Part shown: positions 42,229 to 52,240 of the stretch, piece by piece
Layout: every line of letters begins with the position of its first letter
Numbering within the stretch: position 1 is the stretch's first letter
Source: an uncultured Gemmatimonadaceae bacterium
Lineage (GTDB): Bacteria; Gemmatimonadota; Gemmatimonadetes; Gemmatimonadales; Gemmatimonadaceae
Assembly (NCBI GenBank): GCA_963822945.1
Contig: CAWGJO010000020.1
Coordinates: 192,001 to 256,000, forward strand
Direction: 5' to 3'
Length of the DNA stretch: 64,000 nucleotides
The notes under the pieces: generated by a model
Databases searched by the model: none
What the model was told of the DNA's origin: nothing
What the model saw: only the letters and a program-made list of their open reading frames with translations
Made by a program: the position numbers and the translations under genes

Positions 42229-42642
42229 TCAGAACTGGCGCTCCAGCGCCCGATGCCGCTCGTCGGCATCGCGTGGTGCACGCGGAATCCAGCAGGTGGG
42301 GGAATCCGGATTCCGCGCCAGCGGGCTGCGGCCGAACGTCCGCCGCAGGTACCCGATGGGTGTCAACGCTACGTAATAAATGATCGCCAGCGCAATCGGA
42401 CCGGTCACGCGGCCGATCGCGTGGCCCAACGCCATCCACCCCCGCTCTACCGGCCCCAGCCGGGTCGGCACGAGCACGCCCAGCAGCAAGAGCAGGACGC
42501 CGAGAGCGAACGCCACCTCGGCCCCCAGCGTGCGGTGCCGGAACGCGAGCAGCGCCGAGAGCACGGAGAAGGCCGCGCCGAGCGTGAACGCGAACTTCAT
42601 CCCTTCGCGCCGGGTCAGTCGAGTGGGAGCGGGCGCTGCCAT
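42229..42642 (-). CDS. SxtJ-family membrane protein
   Basis: Two TM helices then P..L.P....WM.LG..IG.V....L...YY..LTP.G...R..G..PL and a terminal ERQF. Confidence 0.85.
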   Translation of the reverse strand: MAAPAPTRLTRREGMKFAFTLGAAFSVLSALLAFRHRTLGAEVAFALGVLLLLLGVLVPTRLGPVERGWMALGHAIGRVTGPIALAIIYYVALTPIGYLRRTFGRSPLARNPDSPTCWIPRAPRDADERHRALERQF

Positions 42643-44435
42643 TTCGCGGGATCCTGGGTGGGTTGGTCGCGCTTCATCAGGACGAACGGCGGCATGACGA
42701 GCGCATCGAGGTTGGTACGCATGAAACAGTCGTAGGCGTCGGCGGGCGTGCAGACGATCGGTTCCCCACGCACGTTGAATGACGTGTTCACGAGCAGCGG
42801 ACAGCCGGTGCGCGCGTCGAACGCGCGCAGCAACGCGTGCAGACCGGGGCTCCGGTCGGCGGTGACGGTCTGGAGGCGCGCCGAGTAGTCCAGATGCGTG
42901 ACGGCCGGGATGTCGGAACGCGGAACGTGCAGCCGGTCGATTCCCCACCGCGTGTCGCCCTCCACCGGCGCCAACCGCCGGTCCTCGCGCACCGGCGCCA
43001 CGAACAGCATGTACGGCGAGTCGCCGTCGATCTCGAAGTATTCGGCCGCGCGTTCGGCGAGCACGCTCGGCGCGAACGGCCGGAATCCCTCGCGGAACTT
43101 CACCTTGAGGTTGATGCGCGCCTGCATGTCCGGGACGCGGGCGTCGGCCAGAATGCTGCGCGCGCCGAGCGCGCGGGGGCCGAACTCCATGGCGCCGTCG
43201 AACCAGCCGACCACGTTGCCGTCGGCCAGCAGATCCGCCGCGCGCGCCACCGCGCCATCGCGGTCCAGTCGCTCCCACACGGCGCCCGATTCGGCGAGAC
43301 CGGCCTCGATCTCCTGGGCGGTGAACGACGGGCCGAGCAGCGCGCCGCGCATTCCGTCGTGGACGCCGTCGGCGGCGCGTGGCTGGTCGAAGTACTGGTG
43401 CCAGGCCACGAGCGCGGCGCCAAGCGCGCCGCCCGCGTCGCCGGCCGCGGGCTGCACCCAGATGCGGTCGAACAGGCCGGCGCGGAGCAGTTTGCCGTTG
43501 GCCACGGCATTGAGCGCCACGCCGCCGGCCAGGCAGAGGTTCGGCTGTCCGGTCTCGCGCCGGGCCGTCCTCGCCATCCGGAGCACCACCTCCTCGCACA
43601 CGTCCTGTACCGAACGCGCGAGGTCCATCTCCCGCTGGGTGAGCGCCGACTCCGGGACGCGTGGGGGGCCGCCGAACAGCGCCGAAAAGGCGTCGTTGGT
43701 CATCGTCAGCCCGCCCAGATAGTTGAAGTAGCGCTGATTCAGCGTGAACGAGCCGTCGTCCCGGAGGTTGAGCAACTCCTGATGGATGGCGTTTACGTAC
43801 TTCGGCTCGCCGTAAGGGGCGAGTCCCATCAGTTTGTACTCGCCCGAGTTCACCTTGAAGCCCGCATGGTACGTGAAGGCCGAGTACAGCAGCCCCAGCG
43901 AATCGGGCCAGTGCAGTTCCTGCACGAGCTCGAGGTCGCGACCGTGGCCGGTGCCGATGGACGCCGTCGCCCACTCGCCCACGCCATCGATGGTCAGAAC
44001 GGCGGCGGCGTCGAACGGCGATGGGTAGAACGCGCTGCCGGCGTGCGATTCGTGGTGTTCCGTGAACAGCACGCGTCCCTGGTAATCGTCGAGGCCGCGA
44101 CGGACGGTGCGCTCGATGTCCAGCCGGTCGCGCGCCCAGAGCGGCGCGCCGTGGCGGAATGACGCGAACCCGGAGGGCGCCATCCAGAGAAAGGTCTCGA
44201 ACACCCGGTCGAGCTTGAGCAGCGGCTTGTCGTAGAAGGCGACCGCCTCGAGTTCGGACGACCGGATGCCGGCCGCCGCCAGACAGAAGGCGATGGCGCG
44301 CGACGGGAAGTGCTCGTCGCCCTTGTTCCGCGAGAATCGTTCTTCCTGCGCAGCCGCGACCACGACGCCGTCGCGGAGGACGCACGCGGCGCTGTCGTGA
44401 TAGAACGCGGAAATGCCGAGGATGTATCGCGGCAA
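42615..44435 (-). CDS. O-carbamoyltransferase, NodU/CmcH (TobZ/SxtI-like) family
   Basis: ILGISAFYHDSAA, QEERFSR.K, HHESH, DGVGE, EYKLMGLAPYG, CLAGGVALN, QPAAGDAG, EFGPRALG.RSIL, KFRE.FRPFAP, NTSFN; TTG start inferred. Confidence 0.96.
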   Translation of the reverse strand: MPRYILGISAFYHDSAACVLRDGVVVAAAQEERFSRNKGDEHFPSRAIAFCLAAAGIRSSELEAVAFYDKPLLKLDRVFETFLWMAPSGFASFRHGAPLWARDRLDIERTVRRGLDDYQGRVLFTEHHESHAGSAFYPSPFDAAAVLTIDGVGEWATASIGTGHGRDLELVQELHWPDSLGLLYSAFTYHAGFKVNSGEYKLMGLAPYGEPKYVNAIHQELLNLRDDGSFTLNQRYFNYLGGLTMTNDAFSALFGGPPRVPESALTQREMDLARSVQDVCEEVVLRMARTARRETGQPNLCLAGGVALNAVANGKLLRAGLFDRIWVQPAAGDAGGALGAALVAWHQYFDQPRAADGVHDGMRGALLGPSFTAQEIEAGLAESGAVWERLDRDGAVARAADLLADGNVVGWFDGAMEFGPRALGARSILADARVPDMQARINLKVKFREGFRPFAPSVLAERAAEYFEIDGDSPYMLFVAPVREDRRLAPVEGDTRWGIDRLHVPRSDIPAVTHLDYSARLQTVTADRSPGLHALLRAFDARTGCPLLVNTSFNVRGEPIVCTPADAYDCFMRTNLDALVMPPFVLMKRDQPTQDPAKWQRPLPLD

Positions 44436-44572
44436 GGGCGGTACGGTGGGCCGGCGCGGCGGCAGGTAAATCAACGACGCGACCCGCCGGGGGCGGGGTA
44501 CCGCGCAGGTCGTGGGCCGATTGCCAAGATAGATTGCCCCGGTCGCGCCCGAAAGCCGCCAAACGTCTGTGC

Positions 44573-44601
44573 TTGAACCGCACCGACGCATCCGATAGGT
44601 T
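44573..44601 (+). promoter_or_regulatory. Putative sigma70 promoter for tRNA-Arg / rho
   Basis: TTGAAC-17 bp-TAGGTT, 12 bp upstream of the tRNA. Confidence 0.5.
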
Positions 44602-44613
44602 ACGCCTCTACCC

Positions 44614-44687
44614 GCGCGCGTAGCTCAGCTGGATAGAGCGTCGGCCTCCGGAGCCGAAGGTCACAGGTTCGAATCCTGTCGCGCGCG
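44614..44687 (+). tRNA. tRNA-Arg(CCG)
   Basis: GCGCGCG/CGCGCGC; TCGGC-CTCCGGA-GCCGA; GTTCGAATC. Confidence 0.97.
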
Positions 44688-44840
44688 TCATACCTTCTCA
44701 ATCGCACGATCGCGCGCCCGGCGGGTCCCGGGCGCATCCGCTCCGAGGTTCCCTCCCCCCAGCGGCCACTCCAGTCGATTCAGAATCGACGCCGACCCTC
44801 CCGTTCCCGCAGTCGTCCGCCGCCAGCCGCCAGCCGTTTC

Positions 44841-46124
44841 ATGTCATCGCCGTCATCCGCACCGGCCGTCGTCAGCATCGCTGAACTCAAGCGCAAGCCG
44901 CTCCCCGCCCTCCTCGAGATGGCGCAGGAGCTGGAGCTGACGGACGTCGAGACGCTCCAGCGCCACGATCTGACCTTCCGGATCGAACAGGGCATGCTGG
45001 CCAACGGCACCGTGCTCACGGGCCAGGGCGTGCTCGAGGTGCTGCCCGAAGGGTACGGGTTCCTCCGGAGCCAGGATTACAATTATCTGAACGGCCCCGA
45101 CGACATCTACGTCTCCCCGTCGCAGGTCAAGCGGTTCGGCCTCCAGACCGGCGACACGGTGCAGGGGCAGGTCCGGCCGCCCAAGGAGTGGGAGCGCTAC
45201 CTGGCCCTGCTCAAGGTGGAGTCGGTCAATGGCGACGATCCCGAACTCGCCAAGGAGCGGACGCCGTTCGACAACCTCCGGCCGCGCTATCCCGAGGGAC
45301 GGTTGCGCCTGGAAGTCGCGAGCGGCGACATCAGCATGCGGGTGATGGACCTGATCGCGCCCATCGGAAAGGGCCAGCGCGGACTCATCGTTTCCCCACC
45401 CCGCGCCGGCAAGACGATCCTCCTGCAGAAGATCGCCAACGCCATCGCCGAGAATTATCCGGAGGTCGTGCTCATCGTGCTGCTCATCGACGAGCGGCCC
45501 GAGGAAGTGACCGACATGCGGTTCACGGTGCGCGGCGAGGTGATCAGCTCCACCTTCGACGAGGCGCCGCAACGGCACGTGCAGGTGGCCGACATGGTGA
45601 TCGAGAAGGCCAAGCGGCTGGTGGAGAGCAAGAAGGACGTGGTCATCCTGCTCGACTCGATCACCCGCCTGGGACGCGCGCACAACGCCGTGGTGCCGCA
45701 TTCGGGCAAGATCATGTCGGGCGGCGTGGACGCCAAGGCCCTCGAGAAGCCCAAGAAGTTCTTCGGCGCCGCGCGCAACATCGAGGGCGGAGGCTCGCTC
45801 ACGATCATCGGCACGGCGCTCGTCGAGACCGGTTCCCGCATGGACGAGGTGATCTTCGAGGAATTCAAGGGCACCGGCAACATGGAGCTGATTCTCGACC
45901 GCAAGATCGCCGAGCGCCGCATCTATCCCGCCATCGACATCAATCGCTCGGGCACCCGCAAGGAAGAATTGCTGTTCACCACGGAAGAACTGAACCGGGT
46001 GACCCTCCTGCGCACCTTCCTGGGCGACATGCCGGATACCGAAGCGATCGAGTTCCTGCTCAAGCAGATGGCGCGATCGAAGAACAACAAGGAATTCTTC
46101 GCGCAGATGGCGCAGGGCGGATGA
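44841..46124 (+). CDS. rho: Transcription termination factor Rho
   Basis: [68 protein letters not shown]. Confidence 0.99.
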   Translation: MSSPSSAPAVVSIAELKRKPLPALLEMAQELELTDVETLQRHDLTFRIEQGMLANGTVLTGQGVLEVLPEGYGFLRSQDYNYLNGPDDIYVSPSQVKRFGLQTGDTVQGQVRPPKEWERYLALLKVESVNGDDPELAKERTPFDNLRPRYPEGRLRLEVASGDISMRVMDLIAPIGKGQRGLIVSPPRAGKTILLQKIANAIAENYPEVVLIVLLIDERPEEVTDMRFTVRGEVISSTFDEAPQRHVQVADMVIEKAKRLVESKKDVVILLDSITRLGRAHNAVVPHSGKIMSGGVDAKALEKPKKFFGAARNIEGGGSLTIIGTALVETGSRMDEVIFEEFKGTGNMELILDRKIAERRIYPAIDINRSGTRKEELLFTTEELNRVTLLRTFLGDMPDTEAIEFLLKQMARSKNNKEFFAQMAQGG

Positions 46125-46558
46125 CCGTGGCGGCGCTGGATCGGGGCCGGTGGCTCGCCGTGGACTGGGGCGAGCGGCGCATCGGGCTCGCCATCAGCGA
46201 TCCCACCGGCACCATCGCGTCTCCGGCCGGATACATCCAGCGGCGCGCCGGCAAACGCCCGCCCATTGCCGAACTCATGCGGCGCGCCGAAGCCCTGCAG
46301 GCACGGGCGTTCGTGCTCGGCCTCCCGCTGGACGGCCAGGGCGACGATACGCCGCGCGCCGTCGAGGTGCGGCACGTGGCGGCCGAACTCGAGAAGCGCA
46401 CCGGACTGCCCGTCCGCCTGCTCGACGAGCGGTTCACCACCGCCGCCGCGCTCCGGGCCGTGCACGAGATGGGCGGCTCGCCCCGCGACCGCAAGGGCGA
46501 CGTCGATGCCCTCTCCGCCACCGTGCTGCTCCAGCACGCCCTCCGCCACGATGCGTAG
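46121..46558 (+). CDS. ruvX: YqgF/RuvX family RNase H-fold nuclease
   Basis: ATG overlaps the rho stop; [37 protein letters not shown]. Confidence 0.93.
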   Translation: MTVAALDRGRWLAVDWGERRIGLAISDPTGTIASPAGYIQRRAGKRPPIAELMRRAEALQARAFVLGLPLDGQGDDTPRAVEVRHVAAELEKRTGLPVRLLDERFTTAAALRAVHEMGGSPRDRKGDVDALSATVLLQHALRHDA

Positions 46559-47591
46559 CCGCCTCGTCCTCGCCGCCCTGCTGCTGCCGTCGATGCTCGC
46601 GCTCTCCGCGTGCGCCACGGACGATGCCACGACGGCGCGGGTGGTCGTGCCCGCCGGCGCCTCGTTGCGCGTGGCCGCCGATTCGTTGGCCAAAGCGGGG
46701 GTCGTACGCGCTCCCCGTCTGTTCCGGACCTACGCCTGGCTGCGCGGCGGAGACCGGCGGATCCGCGCCGGAACCTACGAGTTCCGCGTCGGCGACAGTT
46801 GGAGCACCGTGCTGGGCATGCTGCGCGCCGGGCGCGGCATCGTGGTCACCGTCACGGTGCCTGAAGGATTCGCGCTCAGCCAGATCGAACCCCTCCTCGC
46901 CGAGAAGCTCGGCGTGCCCGAAGACTCCGTGAGGGCCGCCGCGTCCGACACCGCGCTGCTGGCGCGGCTCAACCTGCCGACGCCGACGCTCGAGGGCTAC
47001 CTGTTTCCCGACACGTACACCTTTCCCGAAGGCACCACCGCCCGCCAGGCCGTGACCGACATGGAACGTCGGTTCGAGCAGGTGTGGAAGCCGGCCTGGA
47101 CGGCGCGGCTGGACACCATCGGGATGTCGCGCAACGACGTGATGACCCTGGCGTCGATCGTCGAGAAGGAAGCCAAGCTGCCCGAGGAACGGCCCGTCAT
47201 CGCCGCCGTGTACATGAACCGGCTCAAAGCCGGCATGCTGCTGCAGGCCGATCCCACCGTGCAGTACTCGCTGCCGGCGCACGAGGCGCGAGTGCTGTAC
47301 AAGGACCTCAAGGTCAAGTCGCCGTACAACACGTACCGCCACCCGGGACTTCCACCGGGGCCCATCGCCTCGCCGGGCGTGGCGAGCATCGAGGCCGCGC
47401 TCTACCCGGCCAACGTGCCGTACAAGTACTTCGTGGCGGCGCCCGACGGCCACCACGAATTCCGCGTGGACTTCAAGGGACACGAGGCCGCGGTCCGGCA
47501 AATGCGGCGTGAGCGCGCCGCCCAGGAGCGGAAGGCCAAAGCCGCGCGCGACACCGGTTCCACGCGCGGATCGCGGCACACGCCGCGCTGA
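46551..47591 (+). CDS. mltG: Endolytic transglycosylase MltG
   Basis: VTVPEG, LEGYLFPDTY, LASIVEKE, LQADPTVQY, SPYNTY..PGLPPGPIASPG. Confidence 0.96.
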   Translation: MRSRLVLAALLLPSMLALSACATDDATTARVVVPAGASLRVAADSLAKAGVVRAPRLFRTYAWLRGGDRRIRAGTYEFRVGDSWSTVLGMLRAGRGIVVTVTVPEGFALSQIEPLLAEKLGVPEDSVRAAASDTALLARLNLPTPTLEGYLFPDTYTFPEGTTARQAVTDMERRFEQVWKPAWTARLDTIGMSRNDVMTLASIVEKEAKLPEERPVIAAVYMNRLKAGMLLQADPTVQYSLPAHEARVLYKDLKVKSPYNTYRHPGLPPGPIASPGVASIEAALYPANVPYKYFVAAPDGHHEFRVDFKGHEAAVRQMRRERAAQERKAKAARDTGSTRGSRHTPR

Positions 47592-47599
47592 GCCCCGGC

Positions 47600-48767
47600 A
47601 TGCCGGCACACGCGGTGGTCTCGGCCAAGGGCGCGCGGCGGTGGGCGCACGGCCATCCCTGGATCTACCGAAGCGACGTCACGGAGCGCCCGGACCAGCC
47701 GGCCGGCATCGTCGCCGTGCGCGATGCGCGCGGAAAGTCCATCGGTTGGGCGCTGTGGAGCCCGCGATCCGAGATCTCGCTGCGCCTGCTCGACCGCGAT
47801 CCCGGCGCCACGATCGACGGCGGGTGGTGGCGCGACCGACTGGCCGCGGCCATCGCGCGTCGCGACGTGCTTCGCCCGCAGGCCACGGCCTACCGGCTGG
47901 TGCACGGCGAGGGCGACGGCCTGCCATCGCTGGTGCTGCGACCGCTACGACCGGTGGCTCGTGGTGCAGTTCATGAGTGCCGGACTCGAGCCGTCGCGCC
48001 CGGCGATCGTCGAGGCGCTCGAGACGCTGGTGCACCCGGCCGGTATCCTGGCGCGCAACGACGTGTCGCTTCGCGACAAGGAGGGCCTGCCCCGCACGGT
48101 GGAATTGCTGGCCGGCGACGTCCCGCGCGAGATCGAGGTAGAGGAGCACGGCGTGCGCTACCTGGCCGCGCCCTGGGACGGCCAGAAGACCGGCGCGTTC
48201 CTGGATCAGCGTGAGAACCGGGCCCGCATCGGCGCCCTCGCGCGCGGGCGCGCGCTCGACTGCTTCAGCTACCACGGGTCGTTTGCCCTGCACCTGGCGC
48301 GGAAGGCCGACCGCGTGATCGCGTTGGACAGTTCGGCCGCCGCGCTGCAGCGCGCCGCCGACAACTGCGCCCGCAACGGTCTCTCCAACGTCGAGTTGGT
48401 GGAGGCCAACGCCTTCGACTTTCTCAAGAACGCGGACCGCGAGGGCGCACGGTTCGACACCATCGTCCTCGACCCACCGGCCTTCGCCAAAACCAAGAAC
48501 GCGCTGGCCGCCGCCATCCGCGGCTACAAGGAGATCAACCTCCGCGCCATGCGGCTGCTCTCGCCGGGCGGCGTGCTGTTCACCGCGAGTTGCAGCTTTC
48601 ATCTCACGAAGCCCCGCTTTCTGGAGATGCTGGTGGCGGCGGCCGCCGACTCCGGCCGCCGCCTCGCGCTGCGCGAGGTGCTCGGGCAGCCGCTGGACCA
48701 CCCGGAAATCCTGACCATCCCGGAAACGGGGTACATCAAGGGCGCGATCGTCGAAGCCATGGATTGA
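47600..48767 (+). CDS. RlmI-like class I SAM-dependent rRNA methyltransferase, interrupted by a +1 frameshift at ~47936
   Basis: PUA-like GHPWIYRSD, YRLVHGEGDGLP; after removing one base, V.DRY, GQKTG.FLDQRENR, LDCFSYHGSF, IVLDPPAF. Confidence 0.92.
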
Positions 48768-48843
48768 TGACCGCCGGCCTCTGGCGCTCGCGTCCGGATC
48801 GCCCCATGCTATCGGCTCTCCTTCCACCCGCATACCTCCGATC

Positions 48844-50379
48844 ATGAACGTCATCCGTCTCCTCCGCCCGTCCGCGGCGGCCGCCCTCGCCGTGCTCGGC
48901 GCTGCCGCGCCGGCCAGCCTCGCCGCGCAACAGCAGCCCGTGCCGACGCCTCCGCCGGGTATGGCTCTCATCAAGCAGTCCGACCTCAAGGCCGATCTGT
49001 ACTACCTGGCGAGCGATGCGATGCGCGGACGCGAGGCGGGGACGATCGACGAACTCCACGGTGCCATGTGGGAGGCCAAGCGGGCGCGCGAGGCCGGCCT
49101 CATTCCGGCCGGTGACGACGGCACGTTCTTCCAGTGGTGGAACATGAAGCGCACGCGGCTGTCCCCGGCCAGCACGATCACCGTCGGCGATCACCGGCTC
49201 GTGCTCTGGAAGGACGTCGCCGCCATGACCACGCTGGACCTGGATGTTCAGGCGCCCACGGTGTGGGCCGGCGACGGCAGCGACACCACGATCGACGTCA
49301 GCGGCAAGATCGCCGTGGCCCAACTCGTGAAGCCGCCGGCCAACGCCCGCAAGTTCGAGGGCGTCTACTCGCCGGAGTGGCACTACGCCACGGCGTCGAT
49401 CGGCGCCCAGGGTCGCGAGCTGGCGCGGCGAGGCGCCGTGGCCGTGATCCTGGTTGCCGACTCGATCGGCGACGTGGCCTTCGACGCCGTGAGGGCCGTG
49501 TCGTCGCGCGGATACTACGACGTGGACGACTCGGCCACGAACGCCGCCGGCGGCCGGTACGGACGCACGCCGTCGGGGCCGCCCATCCTGCTCGCCCATC
49601 GCGATCTGCGCGCCATGCTCGCCCCGTCGGGCCAGCAGGCGCGCGTCCACCTGGTCACCGAGAGCTTCGACTACCCGTCGGTGAACGTCGTCGGCATCGC
49701 GCGCGGCACCGACCCCAAGCTCCGCAACGAGTACGTGATGTTCAGCAGCCACACCGACCACGACGGCGTGCGCTTTCCGATGGCCGGCGATTCCATCTGG
49801 AACGGAGCCGACGACAACGGTTCCACGAGCGTCGCGATCCTGGCGATCGCCCGCGCGTTCGTGAAGCACCCGGCCAAGCGGTCGGCGCTGTTCATCTGGC
49901 ACGGCGCCGAGGAGCGCGGCCTGCTCGGCTCCCGCTACCACGCCGCGCACCCGGTGGTGCCGCTGCACGACATCGTCGCCGTGCTCAACGGTGACCTGAT
50001 CGGCCGCAACAACCCCGACACGGCCTCGCTGCTCGGCGTGCAGCCCCCGCACCGCAATTCCACCGACCTGGTGCGCATGGCGCTCGAAGCCAACGCCGCC
50101 ACCGGGAAGTTCGTGCTCGATTCCACGTGGGACCGCCCCACGCACCCCGAGGGCTGGTACTTCCGCAGCGACCACGTGCCCTACGTCCGGCGCGGCATTC
50201 CGGCGCTGATGTACTCCACGAACCTCCATCCCGACTACCACACGCCGCGCGATGAAGCGTCGCGAATCGACTACGCCAAGCTCACGCGCATGACCGACTG
50301 GATCTACGAGACCGGATGGCTGGTGGCCAACGCGCCCAAGCGGCCGGCGCTCGACCCGGGGTTCAAGCTGGAGCGATAG
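48844..50379 (+). CDS. M28 family metallopeptidase (secreted)
   Basis: Signal peptide; LASDAMRGR, SHTDHDG, NGADDNGS, AEERGLLGS, RSDH, DYHTP.D. Confidence 0.93.
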   Translation: MNVIRLLRPSAAAALAVLGAAAPASLAAQQQPVPTPPPGMALIKQSDLKADLYYLASDAMRGREAGTIDELHGAMWEAKRAREAGLIPAGDDGTFFQWWNMKRTRLSPASTITVGDHRLVLWKDVAAMTTLDLDVQAPTVWAGDGSDTTIDVSGKIAVAQLVKPPANARKFEGVYSPEWHYATASIGAQGRELARRGAVAVILVADSIGDVAFDAVRAVSSRGYYDVDDSATNAAGGRYGRTPSGPPILLAHRDLRAMLAPSGQQARVHLVTESFDYPSVNVVGIARGTDPKLRNEYVMFSSHTDHDGVRFPMAGDSIWNGADDNGSTSVAILAIARAFVKHPAKRSALFIWHGAEERGLLGSRYHAAHPVVPLHDIVAVLNGDLIGRNNPDTASLLGVQPPHRNSTDLVRMALEANAATGKFVLDSTWDRPTHPEGWYFRSDHVPYVRRGIPALMYSTNLHPDYHTPRDEASRIDYAKLTRMTDWIYETGWLVANAPKRPALDPGFKLER

Positions 50380-50449
50380 CGGTTCCCGAAGATCCGGCGC
50401 GCTCGCCTCACCACCGGGCGGGCGCGCGGATTGCCGGGGAAGCGGCCCC

Positions 50450-51223
50450 TCACCGCTGGCAGCGTGGGCAGTAGTACGTGGAACGCCCGGCCTGCACGAT
50501 GCGGCGGATCGGGGCGCCGCACCGACGACACTTCAGCCCTTCGCGATCGTACACATTGAGCCGCGCCGCGCCGATCTCCGAATATCGCGCCCCGGTGGCG
50601 CGGGTGATCACCGCCCGCACCGCGCCGATGAGCGCGGCCAGCCTCGGCCGCGACAGCGACGACGCGCGCGCGCGCGGACTGATCTTCGCGCGCCACAGCG
50701 CCTCGGCCGCGTAGATGTTGCCCAGCCCTGCGATCACGCGCTGGTCGAGCAGCACCGGCTTGACCGGACCGCGCCGCCGCGCGAGGAGCGCGCGCAGATG
50801 GTCCGGCGTGAGCGCCGCGTCCATCGGTTCGACGCCGAGCGCCAGGTCGGGCGGCGCGCCGGCGGGATGCACGTCGAGCGTGGCCAGGGCGCGCGAATCC
50901 TCGAGCACCAGCCGCCGGCCGTCGTCCAGCGTGAAGACCGCGCGGGCGAAGCGCGGCAGCGGTGCGCCGCGCCGCGCCACCACCCAGTCGCCGGTCATGC
51001 GAAAGTGCGCGTGCAACACCCGCCCGTCGGCCAGGCGCAGGAGTTGATGCTTGCCGCGGCGTTCGACCTCGGCAATGCGGGCCCCGGCCAGCGCGCGGGC
51101 CGCGGCCTCCGGCAGGCGCCGGCGGAGGCTCGGGTGCAGCAGTTCCACCTGCGTGATGGTGCGCCCGCGGACCGCGCGGCGGAGCAGACGGACCGCATGT
51201 TCGACTTCCGGCAGTTCCGGCAT
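50450..51223 (-). CDS. mutM: Formamidopyrimidine-DNA glycosylase
   Basis: MPELPEVE, RRGK, HFRMTG, LLDQ..IAGLGNIYA.E.L; zinc finger C..CG...GRST.YCPRCQ. Confidence 0.97.
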   Translation of the reverse strand: MPELPEVEHAVRLLRRAVRGRTITQVELLHPSLRRRLPEAAARALAGARIAEVERRGKHQLLRLADGRVLHAHFRMTGDWVVARRGAPLPRFARAVFTLDDGRRLVLEDSRALATLDVHPAGAPPDLALGVEPMDAALTPDHLRALLARRRGPVKPVLLDQRVIAGLGNIYAAEALWRAKISPRARASSLSRPRLAALIGAVRAVITRATGARYSEIGAARLNVYDREGLKCRRCGAPIRRIVQAGRSTYYCPRCQR

Positions 51224-51252
51224 CTTGCTGGTTCCCCGTTGACGGAGGGGCA

Positions 51253-52176
51253 ATGACCGGGCAAGATGCGCGCGTGACCTCCGGAACTCAATCGGCGGAC
51301 GATCCCTTGCGCGGCGGCGACGCCCGGAGCCTGGACGTGCGGCGCGTGCTGCGCCAGGTCCTGGTGCTCAATGCGCTCGTCCTCGCCGTGAAGCTCGGCA
51401 TCGGCGTGCATACGCGCGCCCTCGCCGTGCTCGGCGCCGCGTTCGAGTCGGGGCTCGATCTACTCAACAACGTCATCGGCATGACCCTGGTCTCGATCGC
51501 CGCGCTGGGGCCGGACGAGGATCACCCCTACGGCCACGCGAAGTTCGAGACCCTCGGGACCATGGGTATCGTCATGTTCCTGTCGATCTCGTGCTTCGAG
51601 TTGCTTCGGGAATCGATCGGCGGGTTGATGCGGAACCGGACCCCCCATCCGGCCACGCCGGTGGAGGTGGCCGTGATGGCGCTGACGCTCGTCGTGAACT
51701 TCGGCATCGTGTGGTTCGAACGGCGGCGCGGCCGATCGCTGCAGAGCGCGTTCCTGCTTGCCGACTCGGCGCACACCGCCACGGACATCTTCGTGACCCT
51801 GCTCGCCCTGGCGTCGCTGGTGCTCACCCGGGCCGGCGCGCCGCGCGCCGATGCCTTCCTCGGGATCGCCGTAGCCCTGAGCATCGCATGGACCGGGTGG
51901 CAGATCCTGCGAGAGTCGGTCCCGATTCTGGTGGACGCGCGCGGGATGGACGCGGCGGAACTTCGACGGTTGGCGACGAGTATTCCAGGCATCCTCGGCG
52001 TGCGGACCGTGCGTTCGCGGTCCACGGCGTCGGGCCAGTTGTTCGTCGAGATGACCATCGTGGTCGCCGGCAGTTCCTCGGTGCGGGAGGCGCATGCGTT
52101 GGCCGATGCCGTGGAGCGGGAAGTCGAACGCAGTGCCGGAAGCGCCGAAGTCGTCGTGCACGTCGAGCCCGCCTAG
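51253..52176 (+). CDS. Cation diffusion facilitator family transporter
   Basis: PDEDHPYGHAKFE, LADSAHT.TD, C-terminal AH.LAD.VE...VVVHVEP. Confidence 0.93.
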   Translation: MTGQDARVTSGTQSADDPLRGGDARSLDVRRVLRQVLVLNALVLAVKLGIGVHTRALAVLGAAFESGLDLLNNVIGMTLVSIAALGPDEDHPYGHAKFETLGTMGIVMFLSISCFELLRESIGGLMRNRTPHPATPVEVAVMALTLVVNFGIVWFERRRGRSLQSAFLLADSAHTATDIFVTLLALASLVLTRAGAPRADAFLGIAVALSIAWTGWQILRESVPILVDARGMDAAELRRLATSIPGILGVRTVRSRSTASGQLFVEMTIVVAGSSSVREAHALADAVEREVERSAGSAEVVVHVEPA

Positions 52177-52240
52177 GCAAAGCCCCGCTTGCGCGGCGCT
52201 CGGCGCGATACAACATTTGTGAGTCCACACCCGAGTGCGC

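Noticed and set aside
40209..44435. Saxitoxin biosynthesis cluster
   Set aside because: Only sxtI/J/K/L-like genes are present; no sxtA PKS-like, amidinotransferase or other core genes are in the window.
19660..47940. Programmed frameshifting or phase variation at the five broken genes
   Set aside because: No slippery heptamers, long homopolymers or repeat tracts at the sites, and the genes are unrelated in function.
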